Shown here: one piece after another, positions 31,095-39,699 of the stretch
Numbering within the stretch: the first letter of the stretch is position 1
How the letters are laid out: each line of letters opens with the position of its first letter
Position numbers and translations under genes: made by a program
Assembly (NCBI GenBank): GCA_949292425.1
Contig: CASEZK010000058.1
Span: 5 to 64,004, forward strand
Reading direction: 5' to 3'
Length of the DNA: 64,000 nucleotides
Source: an uncultured Oscillospiraceae bacterium
GTDB lineage: Bacteria > Bacillota > Clostridia > Oscillospirales > Acutalibacteraceae
The notes under the pieces: model-generated
What the model was told of the DNA's origin: nothing
The model's input: the letters and a program-made list of their open reading frames with translations, nothing else
Database searches by the model: none

Positions 31095-34000
31095 TTAATT
31101 TTTTGCTTGTAGTACTCCGTCTACAAGTTCATATTCATCTTTTATACTTTGAGCTACACGTATTCTAGCAGCTGTTCCATCAGATTTTTTAACTGTTAAA
31201 CTTTCTAAAGGTGTTGTTCCCCACTGCAAAAATCTTTTCGTCTGATTTTGTAAATACTCTATTACTTCTTCATTTACCTCAAACAACTCATCTGCGTCAC
31301 TCTTTAAAATTACGGTTATATTACCACGACCGTCTGAAGAAGTTTTTTCTATCATTGATTTTTGCCTGTTTAATACTTCTTCTCCAACAGAAAATGTTAC
31401 TTTACCGTTGCAGAAGTCATCGGGGGATAGACTCAAATAAATTTTTATTTCTTCATTGCCTCCCGCATTCAGCTCTTTTTCATCATATCCAACTTGTACA
31501 CATTTAATGTCAATATTTATCATGTTTTCAATATAATTTAGTAGATTAATATTTTCCTTTTTGAGATATAAGCTATCGCTGTCAGGGTTCATCGTAATAT
31601 AAACTGTCTGTTCCTCTTTATCAAATCTTATTTTTTTAATACCGTTTTCTTGTAAAGTCTTACTACTTAGTTCGTTTCTTCCTAGACGCGTTGCAACATT
31701 TTTATAACTGGAACTATAATCTTCAATGGTAAATCTATCTTTAAGGTCATCTGCAATTGTAGGTATTACACTACCATTGTTTACATGAATAGCTTTTACA
31801 TCGTCTGGCTTTTCATATCCAGTCTGTTTTGCTAAATATTCCAGCAAAGCTTTGTTGATTGTTAAGGTGTTATTTCCATCTTTTAAAGTCACATAAATCC
31901 ATTGACCAGTATAACTACTTGTAGCTTTTGCTATTTTACCAATTCCTATAGCGGCAACTTCATCTACTCCGAACTCGTCCATGATTTTAGCAGTATTTGG
32001 ATCTATGCCATTATTCACAAGTTCGGCGACATTTTTATTTACTTTGTGATCATGCATAGTTTGAGCAATTTCCTTACCTACATTTTCGTCAAGCATAATT
32101 TCAGCGACAGGTCTTGATACTGAAGCTTTTCCCATAATTTTTTGTAATTTTAGATCTCTTATTTCTTGCTGAGTACGGTGCAGCAAGGTATTTCTATCTT
32201 CAGCTTCTTTAAAAATTTCACTTAAATTTTCGTCCAATTCTGGTCTTATATCACAATTATTAAACCTTATAGACTCAACTTTATCTAAACTTCTAAAGCC
32301 TGCCTCTACAGCGAGAGATTTTAAGCTATTTTCTTCAATAGTAACGTTTTTACTTTTGTCAATCAAAGTTAACTCTAAGCAATTTTTTACCTTTTTTACT
32401 CCTTGGACATTAGTTTGCCTAAATATTTTTTCTATTTCTGTAAGTTGACGAATGGTATTATTATAGGAAAATAAATATCCTCTTCCTTTTACAGTTTCAG
32501 GTTCTGCAAAAAGTTCTTTTAAATCATCATCTAATGTTGGCTTAATGTTACCGTTGTTGACTAGTATATATTGAACTTCATTTATACTGCTAAAGCCTGC
32601 TTTATTTATAAAAGTATTTAAGTTGTCTGATGTAATAGTAATGTTGTTGTGCCCATCAGGCAAAGTCAACATTAGCCATCCTCTATCATTTTTAGCTGTT
32701 ACATCATTTACGTTTAGTGTAGCGTTGTCTTCTTTATTAATGGTTTCTTCATGCCTATCGGTATCAACACCACCCATGGGTTGAGTTTGGTCATCTTCTA
32801 AAGGCCGAACAACATCTTTATCTTGGACATTTTCTGCATGCTGATTTTGATCGATGGTTTCTTCACGGCTATCAGCATTAACACTAGCCATTGGAGCGTG
32901 CTCATCTTCTCGCTGTTGTTGCAATTCAAGCTTTAATCTTTCTATCTCAGTATTTCTTTCTTCTAAGGCTCTTGTAAGTCCTTCATTTTTTTCTTTAACG
33001 GAGTTTAACATTTCATTCGTTTGTCTTAATTCCTGCATAAGTTGTCCGAGGTTATTTTGACCATCTACTGCTTGACCGCTTAGTGCTTCCATAGCTCTGT
33101 TTTGACGATCTAATTGTTCGCGCAGTTCACCTATTTGCCGTACATACTCATCTTTCGCATTCGTTACTTGATTTACTTGATCTGCCAGATATTGATTGTT
33201 ACCTCGAAGTTGTTGGATGGCCTCAAGTTGGCCTTGGGTTGTTGCGTTTATTTCTCTTATTTGAGACTCTAAATTTTCAAGTTGCTCTGTTAACGCTAGA
33301 TTTTGTTCGTTGAGACGCTCGATTGTTTCTTTTCCAAGTTCATTTTCTTTAGTTGCAGAATCTAATTGTTGCAGGTTTTGATCTAATTGTTGCTGTAGAC
33401 TATCGATTGATCTTGTCAGCTCTTGCTTTTCCTTTTCAAATTGTTGTTGCAATTCTGCAATGGTTTGCTTTGCATCTCGATTATTGAGGTCACTGTTTAC
33501 TTGCGCAGTTTCTTTAGGTTCTTCTACGTCATCAGTATGGACTCCTTTCACAACTTTATCTTCTCTAAGTGTGATAGTAGGTTGCTGAGTGGAATTCTGT
33601 TCATGACTAACTTTACCCTGCTGCTGTGTGGAAACTTCAAGCGAAGGAGTTTCTTTTTCAACTGAGTTATTGTTAAAAAGATTTTTAAGAAGATTTTCGT
33701 CATCAATATCAACTGTTTTGCGCGAGGGACGAAAATTTGTGTCTGCGCTGAATGAAGGCACACTTTCGTTTAGATCACTATCGCTAAGCCCGCTAGTGCC
33801 TACATAACTATCCTCGTCTTTAGCGTAAGTGCTATTTTCACCACTTTCGTAAGCATTATCTTCAGCATTGTCATCCTCATCTTCATTGTAGAGGGTAGCC
33901 TCTTGTTGTGAGCTAACCGTAGGAGAAGAAAATTGAGACATTTTCATAGCCGCACCTGTGGCGAAAGAGATGCCTAATAATCCTAACATACCAACAGCAG

Positions 34001-34271
34001 CTATCTTAGGAGACATTGCTCCGCCACTTACATTCAACAATTCGTCGTCAGACAATGTAGATTTTAAATCTTTCAAGTACGATTCAAGTTCATCCTTAGA
34101 AAAATCGTAGTGATATTTTTTACTTATATCAACTATTTTTTGTAATAAATCGTTAGAATTTTTTATTTGATCTGATTTTTCCAAATCATTTTGTAATTTT
34201 TTAAATTCTGCTTTTAACTCGTCATTTTCATGTACCTTAGCGTAAAATTTGACGACATTTTCTTTTGACAT
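31095..34271 (-). CDS. 1058-aa protein: Nif11-like GG leader + TM helix + acidic linker + long coiled coil + repeated ~58-aa modules
   Basis: ATG after the aggagg RBS. Sequence MSKENVVKFYAKVHENDELKAEFKKL...LSDDELLNVSGG, then AMSPKIAAVGMLGLLGISFATGAAM. A Q/E/L heptad-rich region of about 190 aa follows, then 3 clear and 2 degenerate repeats. Confidence 0.8.
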   Translation of the reverse strand: MSKENVVKFYAKVHENDELKAEFKKLQNDLEKSDQIKNSNDLLQKIVDISKKYHYDFSKDELESYLKDLKSTLSDDELLNVSGGAMSPKIAAVGMLGLLGISFATGAAMKMSQFSSPTVSSQQEATLYNEDEDDNAEDNAYESGENSTYAKDEDSYVGTSGLSDSDLNESVPSFSADTNFRPSRKTVDIDDENLLKNLFNNNSVEKETPSLEVSTQQQGKVSHEQNSTQQPTITLREDKVVKGVHTDDVEEPKETAQVNSDLNNRDAKQTIAELQQQFEKEKQELTRSIDSLQQQLDQNLQQLDSATKENELGKETIERLNEQNLALTEQLENLESQIREINATTQGQLEAIQQLRGNNQYLADQVNQVTNAKDEYVRQIGELREQLDRQNRAMEALSGQAVDGQNNLGQLMQELRQTNEMLNSVKEKNEGLTRALEERNTEIERLKLELQQQREDEHAPMASVNADSREETIDQNQHAENVQDKDVVRPLEDDQTQPMGGVDTDRHEETINKEDNATLNVNDVTAKNDRGWLMLTLPDGHNNITITSDNLNTFINKAGFSSINEVQYILVNNGNIKPTLDDDLKELFAEPETVKGRGYLFSYNNTIRQLTEIEKIFRQTNVQGVKKVKNCLELTLIDKSKNVTIEENSLKSLAVEAGFRSLDKVESIRFNNCDIRPELDENLSEIFKEAEDRNTLLHRTQQEIRDLKLQKIMGKASVSRPVAEIMLDENVGKEIAQTMHDHKVNKNVAELVNNGIDPNTAKIMDEFGVDEVAAIGIGKIAKATSSYTGQWIYVTLKDGNNTLTINKALLEYLAKQTGYEKPDDVKAIHVNNGSVIPTIADDLKDRFTIEDYSSSYKNVATRLGRNELSSKTLQENGIKKIRFDKEEQTVYITMNPDSDSLYLKKENINLLNYIENMINIDIKCVQVGYDEKELNAGGNEEIKIYLSLSPDDFCNGKVTFSVGEEVLNRQKSMIEKTSSDGRGNITVILKSDADELFEVNEEVIEYLQNQTKRFLQWGTTPLESLTVKKSDGTAARIRVAQSIKDEYELVDGVLQAKN

Positions 34272-34384
34272 AATAATTCCTCCTAATTTTTTTATTTTCA
34301 ATTTTGATGTAAAAGCTCAGCCTCCTCTCTTTAAGTAATAATAAATTATGAAATAAGCTGATACTATTATGCCATATTTATAAT

Positions 34385-34418
34385 ACAACCAAAATAATTA
34401 TATCACAACCAAAATAAT
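34385..34418. repeat. tandem direct repeat ACAACCAAAATAAT x2 (20-bp period) in the promoter region of the large gene
   Basis: Exact 14-mers at 34385-34398 and 34405-34418. The proximal copy abuts a TGgCATAAT-like extended -10 on the minus strand. Confidence 0.5.
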
Positions 34419-34663
34419 ATGTAAACTATTTAAAACAAAGATTTTTCATTTTTCTAAATAAATTCTTAAAAACCTTGATGCCAATACGAAAAACTTATGT
34501 TTTTATGTTGATGAACCGATATGTAAGATGTTTTTTGCACATTTTTATTTAAAAACAAAAAATCCCCAATAAAATTGAGGACTTTTTGAGTAAATTAAAA
34601 ATAAATTATTAATTAATGAAAAAATAAGCAAGAAAATGTTAGTATATATGAGACTTCATAGCC

Positions 34664-35038
34664 TTAAACCACAGCTACAGCTTCTATTTCAACTAAAGCT
34701 CCCATAGGCAGTGCAGCAACTTGTATTGCGGAGCGAGCAGGGAAACTTCCAGGCTTAAAGAACTCTTCATATACTTTATTCATTTTTGAAAAGTTATTCA
34801 TATCACTTAAGAAGACAGTTGTTTTTAAAACTTTTTCATTTGAAGAACCCGCTTCATTTAAAACTTCCATTAAGTTTGTAAGTGACTGCCGGGTTTGTTC
34901 CTCTATACCACCAGGAACAAACTTCCCTATAGATGGATCTATTGGCAATTGTCCAGAAGTGTAAACCACACCCCGAGATAAAACCGCTTGAGAATACGGT
35001 CCCACAGCTTTTGGAGCCTTGCCTGTATTTATAACCAT
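34664..35038 (-). CDS. ridA: RidA/YjgF-family reactive intermediate deaminase
   Basis: Sequence APKAVGPYSQAV...TVFLSDMNNF...PARSAIQVAALPMGALVEIE. Confidence 0.9.
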   Translation of the reverse strand: MVINTGKAPKAVGPYSQAVLSRGVVYTSGQLPIDPSIGKFVPGGIEEQTRQSLTNLMEVLNEAGSSNEKVLKTTVFLSDMNNFSKMNKVYEEFFKPGSFPARSAIQVAALPMGALVEIEAVAVV

Positions 35039-35119
35039 AAAATATTACCCCTCTCTAACACCTATTCGTATGCTCATTTTATCATTTGTATCACTTGAAC
35101 ACAATATAAGTTAAATCAT

Positions 35120-35551
35120 TTAATTTTCTAATTGCAAACACGCCATTAAAGCTAAAAAATAAACATCTTTTCCAAATCCTACAATCTGACCTTTACATAC
35201 ATCGCTTATAACAGAATGTCGCCTAAATTCTTCCCTTGCATATATATTGGACATGTGAACTTCAATACAAGGCGTCTGCACCGACAATATTGCGTCTCTT
35301 AAAGATAAGCTATAGTGAGACAGAGCCCCGGCGTTAATTATTATGTAATCGTAATCACTGCTTTCAGCTTGCAATTTGTCAATCAGTACGCCTTCATGGT
35401 TCGACTGTAATATTTCACAATCGATGTTATTACTTTTAGCGTACTTCAGAATTTGAATTTTTATCTCATCGAAGGTTTCCGTTCCGTATATACTTTTTTC
35501 TCTGAAACCTGTTAAATTGATATTAGGTCCAAGTAACATCAAAACTTTCAT
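35120..35551 (-). CDS. aroQ: type II 3-dehydroquinate dehydratase
   Basis: Sequence MKVLMLLGPNINLTG...QSNHEG...NAGALSHYS. Confidence 0.9.
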   Translation of the reverse strand: MKVLMLLGPNINLTGFREKSIYGTETFDEIKIQILKYAKSNNIDCEILQSNHEGVLIDKLQAESSDYDYIIINAGALSHYSLSLRDAILSVQTPCIEVHMSNIYAREEFRRHSVISDVCKGQIVGFGKDVYFLALMACLQLEN

Positions 35552-35555
35552 GTCG

Positions 35556-36059
35556 TTACACCTTAGAGCTTGTTTCATTCTTTATGAAGCCTTTCTTTAA
35601 AAACCTTTCAACTTTTCTTTTTATTTTAAAACTAAGTATTTCTGGGTCTTTCGCTTGCGGGTTCAACAGGATGGATTTCATTCCGGATAAATTCGCAAGC
35701 AATACATCTGTAAAAATCTGGTCTCCTATCATCAATGTTTTTTTGATTCCTTTGCCTATTGCTTTTTTTACTTTAAAAGGCATCGGTTTTTTAGCATGAT
35801 AAATTCCCCTCAAATTTACAGTTTTTGCAAAGGATTCTACTCTTTCCTTTGTGTTGTTTGAGATTATAAGAAGTTTAAATTTTTCTTTTTCCATTTCTTT
35901 AAGCCAATTCAAAACCCCATCAAAAGGTTCTTTAGAGTCCGGAACAGAAAGCGTATTATCTATGTCCAACAAAATAGTTTCCACGTTAAACTTTTTTATT
36001 TCCTCCACAGAAATATCTGTTAATTTATCAAAGCACCTTGTAGGTTTAAGTAAACTCAT
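35556..36059 (-). CDS. yqeG: YqeG-family HAD-IIIA phosphatase
   Basis: Contains LLDIDNTL and GDQIFTDVLLANLSGM. Confidence 0.8.
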   Translation of the reverse strand: MSLLKPTRCFDKLTDISVEEIKKFNVETILLDIDNTLSVPDSKEPFDGVLNWLKEMEKEKFKLLIISNNTKERVESFAKTVNLRGIYHAKKPMPFKVKKAIGKGIKKTLMIGDQIFTDVLLANLSGMKSILLNPQAKDPEILSFKIKRKVERFLKKGFIKNETSSKV

Positions 36060-36090
36060 AGACTAAAGGCTCCTTTTTAGTTTTTAAATA

Positions 36091-36114
36091 AAAAAACAGG
36101 CCTGAAAGCCTGTT
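36091..36114 (-). terminator. intrinsic terminator after rpsU
   Basis: On the minus strand, an acaggc-tttcag-gcctgt stem followed by TTTTTT. Confidence 0.6.
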
Positions 36115-36121
36115 TTAATTA

Positions 36122-36295
36122 TTAAAATTTACGCTTTCTAGCAGCTTCGGATTTTTTTCTACGTCTAACAGAAGGCTTTTCATAAGCCTCTCTTTTGCGG
36201 ATCTCAGCAATAACGCCTGCTCTAGAACATTGCTTTTTAAACCTTCTAAGCGCGCTATCTAAAGATTCATTATCTTTTATTCTGATTTCAGCCAT
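36122..36295 (-). CDS. rpsU: 30S ribosomal protein S21
   Basis: Sequence [22 protein letters not shown]..., preceded by a gggaggg RBS. Confidence 0.93.
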   Translation of the reverse strand: MAEIRIKDNESLDSALRRFKKQCSRAGVIAEIRKREAYEKPSVRRRKKSEAARKRKF

Positions 36296-36510
36296 TATAT
36301 CCCTCCCATCCGCCAAAAGGCAGGGGTCTTATTCTTTACTTTACGAGTCACATTATACATCACAAAAACAAGATTGTCAACATACATTTCCTAATTAGTT
36401 ATGTTGGTGAAAAATAGAAATAAAGCTACGGTAGCAATTTATAAAGTTCTTGTCTAAAAAATAGAACATGATGGTATTAATATTAAAAACATGTAATTAT
36501 AAAAAACTTG

Positions 36511-36539
36511 TTGACAAAATAAATCTGTCGTGATATAGT
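36511..36539 (+). promoter_or_regulatory. promoter of the tRNA pair
   Basis: TTGACA, 17-nt spacer, TGaTATAGT. Confidence 0.6.
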
Positions 36540-36554
36540 ACTATTAAAGTGTTT

Positions 36555-36630
36555 GCTGGTGTAGCTCAGTTGGTAGAGCAGCTGATTTGTAATCAGCAGG
36601 TCGGGGGTTCAAGTCCGTCCACCAGCTCCA
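36555..36630 (+). tRNA. tRNA-Thr (anticodon UGU), CCA encoded
   Basis: Manual cloverleaf: acceptor GCTGGTG/CACCAGC, D arm GCTC/GAGC, anticodon arm GCTGA-TTTGTAA-TCAGC. The T arm GGGGG-TTCAAGT-CCGTC has one G.G mismatch. Confidence 0.85.
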
Positions 36631-36692
36631 GTACCTTAAATAAAGCTATGATAGTTCTCAACTTCTGAGGAACAAAAAACAGCATGAAATAT

Positions 36693-36777
36693 GGGAGATT
36701 TCCAGAGCGGCCAAATGGGGCAGACTGTAAATCTGTTGTCTATGACTTCGGTGGTTCGAATCCACCATCTCCCACCA
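36693..36777 (+). tRNA. tRNA-Tyr (anticodon GUA), long variable arm, CCA encoded
   Basis: Acceptor GGGAGAT/ATCTCCC, anticodon loop CTGTAAA, T arm GGTGG-TTCGAAT-CCACC. Confidence 0.88.
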
Positions 36778-36933
36778 TTGTTTTTAATCGAGTATTTTCT
36801 TTCAGATGTTCTTTTAAAATGATTCAAGGTTTTTAGGTTATTAAGCAATTTTTGTTAGTTACTATCCATTGTAAATATTTCTAAAATGAGTTAAAATTAA
36901 TATATAAACATAAAGAAAGAACGGTTTGCGCTG

Positions 36934-39315
36934 ATGGATAATTTAACAAATGAATTTTTAAGTCTGAAAAGAAAATTGATGGAAAAGTACTTTGAAAAAA
37001 TGAACGACATGCAAAAAAAAGCTATTTTTTCAACTAATGGTCCCGTACTTATATTGGCAGGTGCCGGAAGCGGAAAAACTACCGTGCTTATCAACAGGAT
37101 TACAAATTTGATAAAGTATGGTTGTGCTTATGGAGATGCAAATGTGCCGGGGTTCGTTAATCAAAAGTATGTAGATGAAATGAAGAATTGCTTAAATTCC
37201 AATAATAATGACAAAATAGAATATATATTGAAAGATTTATCGGTCTGTCCTGCTAAACCCTGGCAGATCCTTGCTATTACTTTCACGAATAAGGCTGCAA
37301 ATGAACTGAAAGATAGATTAGAAATTGCACTTGGGACCGAAACAGGTCGTGATGTATTTGCATCGACGTTTCATTCTACTTGTTCCGTTATCCTTAGGAA
37401 ATTTGCGGATAAACTTGGGTACTCACAACATTTCACTATATACGATACTGATGATTCCTATCGTCTTATAAAGGAATGCCAGAATGACTTAAATATTGAT
37501 GACAAAGTATTGTCTTATAGATCTATTTTATCTGAAATATCTAGAGCAAAAGATCAGATAATTTCCCCCGATGATTTTCGAAAAAATTCCGGGACCGATT
37601 TTAGACTATCTAATATTTCCAAAGTTTATTCTATGTACCAAAAACGCTTAGCACAGGCTGATGCTATGGACTTTGGCGATCTTTTATGTAATGTGGTTTT
37701 ACTCTTTAAAAGGTTTCCGGACATATTGGAATATTATCAAAATAGGTTTCATTACATTATGGTGGATGAATATCAGGACACAAACTTTGTGCAGTACGAG
37801 TTTATAAGGCTTTTGAGCCAAAAACATAAAAACCTGTGCGTTGTTGGAGACGACGACCAGAGTATATATAAATTCCGCGGTGCCACCATTGAAAACATAT
37901 TAAATTTTGAAAAGACTTTTAAAAACAGCACTGTCGTTAGGCTTGAGCAAAATTATAGATCCACTCAAAATATACTAAATGCAGCTAACGCCGTTATTAA
38001 AAATAACAGTTCAAGGAAACCTAAGACTTTATGGACAAAAAATAAATGCGGAAACAAAATAAATATATATACAGCTTTGAACGAAACAGATGAAGCCGAT
38101 TTTATAACTACGACTATAACAGATCAAGTTGCCAATGGGAAAAAATATTCCGATTTTGCCGTTTTGTACCGTATGAACGCACAGTCTAACAGTATTGAAA
38201 AAGTTTTTATTAAATCTGGCATACCTTATAGAATCATTGGCGGACATAGGTTCTATGAGAGAAGAGAAATCCGCGACATTATGGCATACTTAAGCGTAAT
38301 AAATAACCCAAATGACGAGATCAGACTTAAAAGAATAATTAACCAGCCAAAACGCTCTATAGGCAACAAAACTATCGAAAAGCTCTGTAACTTATCTTCA
38401 GAAACAGGCGAGTCTATACTAAACTTAATGAGAAATGCCAATGAGTATCAGTACTTATTAAGATCCTGTTCAAAGTTAAAGGCTTTTGCTAAGTTAATGG
38501 ATGAATTGATTGAGTATTTAAATAGTCCGTCGTTATCTTCTCTACATGAGTTATACGAGCAAATTTTAGAAAAAACAAACTATGTAAATTATCTTTTAGC
38601 AGAAAATGACGAAAGTGAAACCCGCATAGAAAACATCAAAGAATTGGCATCTAATATTTTGAAATTCGAGGAAGAATACGGTGAAAACGCAAATCTTTCT
38701 ACATTCCTTGAAGAAGTGGCTCTTTTAACTGACATCGATAACTACGATTCTGATTCTAACGCTGTAACGCTTATGACTATGCATTCTGCCAAAGGATTGG
38801 AATTTCCGGTGGTATTTTTGCCCGGTTTTGAGGATGGAATATTTCCAGGAATTCAGACACTTTATAACGAAGATGAAATAGAAGAGGAGAGGCGTTTAGC
38901 CTACGTGGGAATAACCAGGGCCAAAGAAGAGCTTTTAATAACTAAAGCTCAAACACGTATGCTGTTTGGTAGCACTTCTAGGTACAAACCTTCTCGCTTT
39001 TTGCTTGAAATTCCAGAAGAGCTAGTTTTATTTACCGAAAGCACAAAACACACAACAACTTCTTTTTCGCATTTTATATCAAAACCTAAAGTTGCTCCTG
39101 TTATAAAAAATTTAGGTACATATTCAAAGCCTCAACCACAGAATAAAAATTCTTACGCTTATGGAGATAAAGTTAAACATAAAATTTTCGGCGTTGGTAC
39201 AATAGTTTCTGCTACTTCCATGGGAAATGACACTTTAATTGAGATAGCTTTTGATGGTGCCGGAAACAAAAAGTTGATGGCCAATTTCGCAAAGCTAGAA
39301 AAGGTAAAAATATAA
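36934..39315 (+). CDS. pcrA: ATP-dependent DNA helicase PcrA/UvrD family
   Basis: Contains AGAGSGKTTVL, VDEYQDTN, QNYRST and MTMHSAKGLEFPVVFL. Confidence 0.92.
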   Translation: MDNLTNEFLSLKRKLMEKYFEKMNDMQKKAIFSTNGPVLILAGAGSGKTTVLINRITNLIKYGCAYGDANVPGFVNQKYVDEMKNCLNSNNNDKIEYILKDLSVCPAKPWQILAITFTNKAANELKDRLEIALGTETGRDVFASTFHSTCSVILRKFADKLGYSQHFTIYDTDDSYRLIKECQNDLNIDDKVLSYRSILSEISRAKDQIISPDDFRKNSGTDFRLSNISKVYSMYQKRLAQADAMDFGDLLCNVVLLFKRFPDILEYYQNRFHYIMVDEYQDTNFVQYEFIRLLSQKHKNLCVVGDDDQSIYKFRGATIENILNFEKTFKNSTVVRLEQNYRSTQNILNAANAVIKNNSSRKPKTLWTKNKCGNKINIYTALNETDEADFITTTITDQVANGKKYSDFAVLYRMNAQSNSIEKVFIKSGIPYRIIGGHRFYERREIRDIMAYLSVINNPNDEIRLKRIINQPKRSIGNKTIEKLCNLSSETGESILNLMRNANEYQYLLRSCSKLKAFAKLMDELIEYLNSPSLSSLHELYEQILEKTNYVNYLLAENDESETRIENIKELASNILKFEEEYGENANLSTFLEEVALLTDIDNYDSDSNAVTLMTMHSAKGLEFPVVFLPGFEDGIFPGIQTLYNEDEIEEERRLAYVGITRAKEELLITKAQTRMLFGSTSRYKPSRFLLEIPEELVLFTESTKHTTTSFSHFISKPKVAPVIKNLGTYSKPQPQNKNSYAYGDKVKHKIFGVGTIVSATSMGNDTLIEIAFDGAGNKKLMANFAKLEKVKI

Positions 39316-39699
39316 CAGCTATTTATAAATATTCCAGGTTTGACCGTGGGATATTTTAATTGCAAATTTTTCCACATTAATGCAAACCTCCAAAAACAAC
39401 CCGGAGGTTATTAACATAGCTGTAAATGTTAAAACCATATACCTAATGTTATCGTCAGTTTTCACTTGGTTTGATAAGTATTTACGTTATCTGTACTTTC
39501 ATTTGAGTTTGCTGAATTTATATTTTCAACCTGCCGTGCTATCAATGCGGCTTTTTCTTCGTCTGTTAGCATATCGATCATAGTGTAAGGGTTCACATTA
39601 CCAAATATTTTTTGTTGCCTATTTTTAGCATTTTTCTGATAAGTTCCTGGTCGTCACCGACCCGAATCAAAATCACATTTCAATGTCACTTTCATCTCA

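Noticed and set aside
36636-36848. 70-aa ORF on the minus strand
   Set aside because: It overlaps tRNA-Tyr.
39385-39409. Hairpin aacctcc/ggaggtt after pcrA as a terminator
   Set aside because: The 7-bp stem has no T-run on either side, so it is not a convincing intrinsic terminator.
39462-39581. 39-codon minus-strand ORF (MIDMLTDEEKAALIARQVENINS...) downstream of the intron relic, possibly a 3' exon
   Set aside because: It has no RBS and no upstream exon partner, and it is too short to evaluate.
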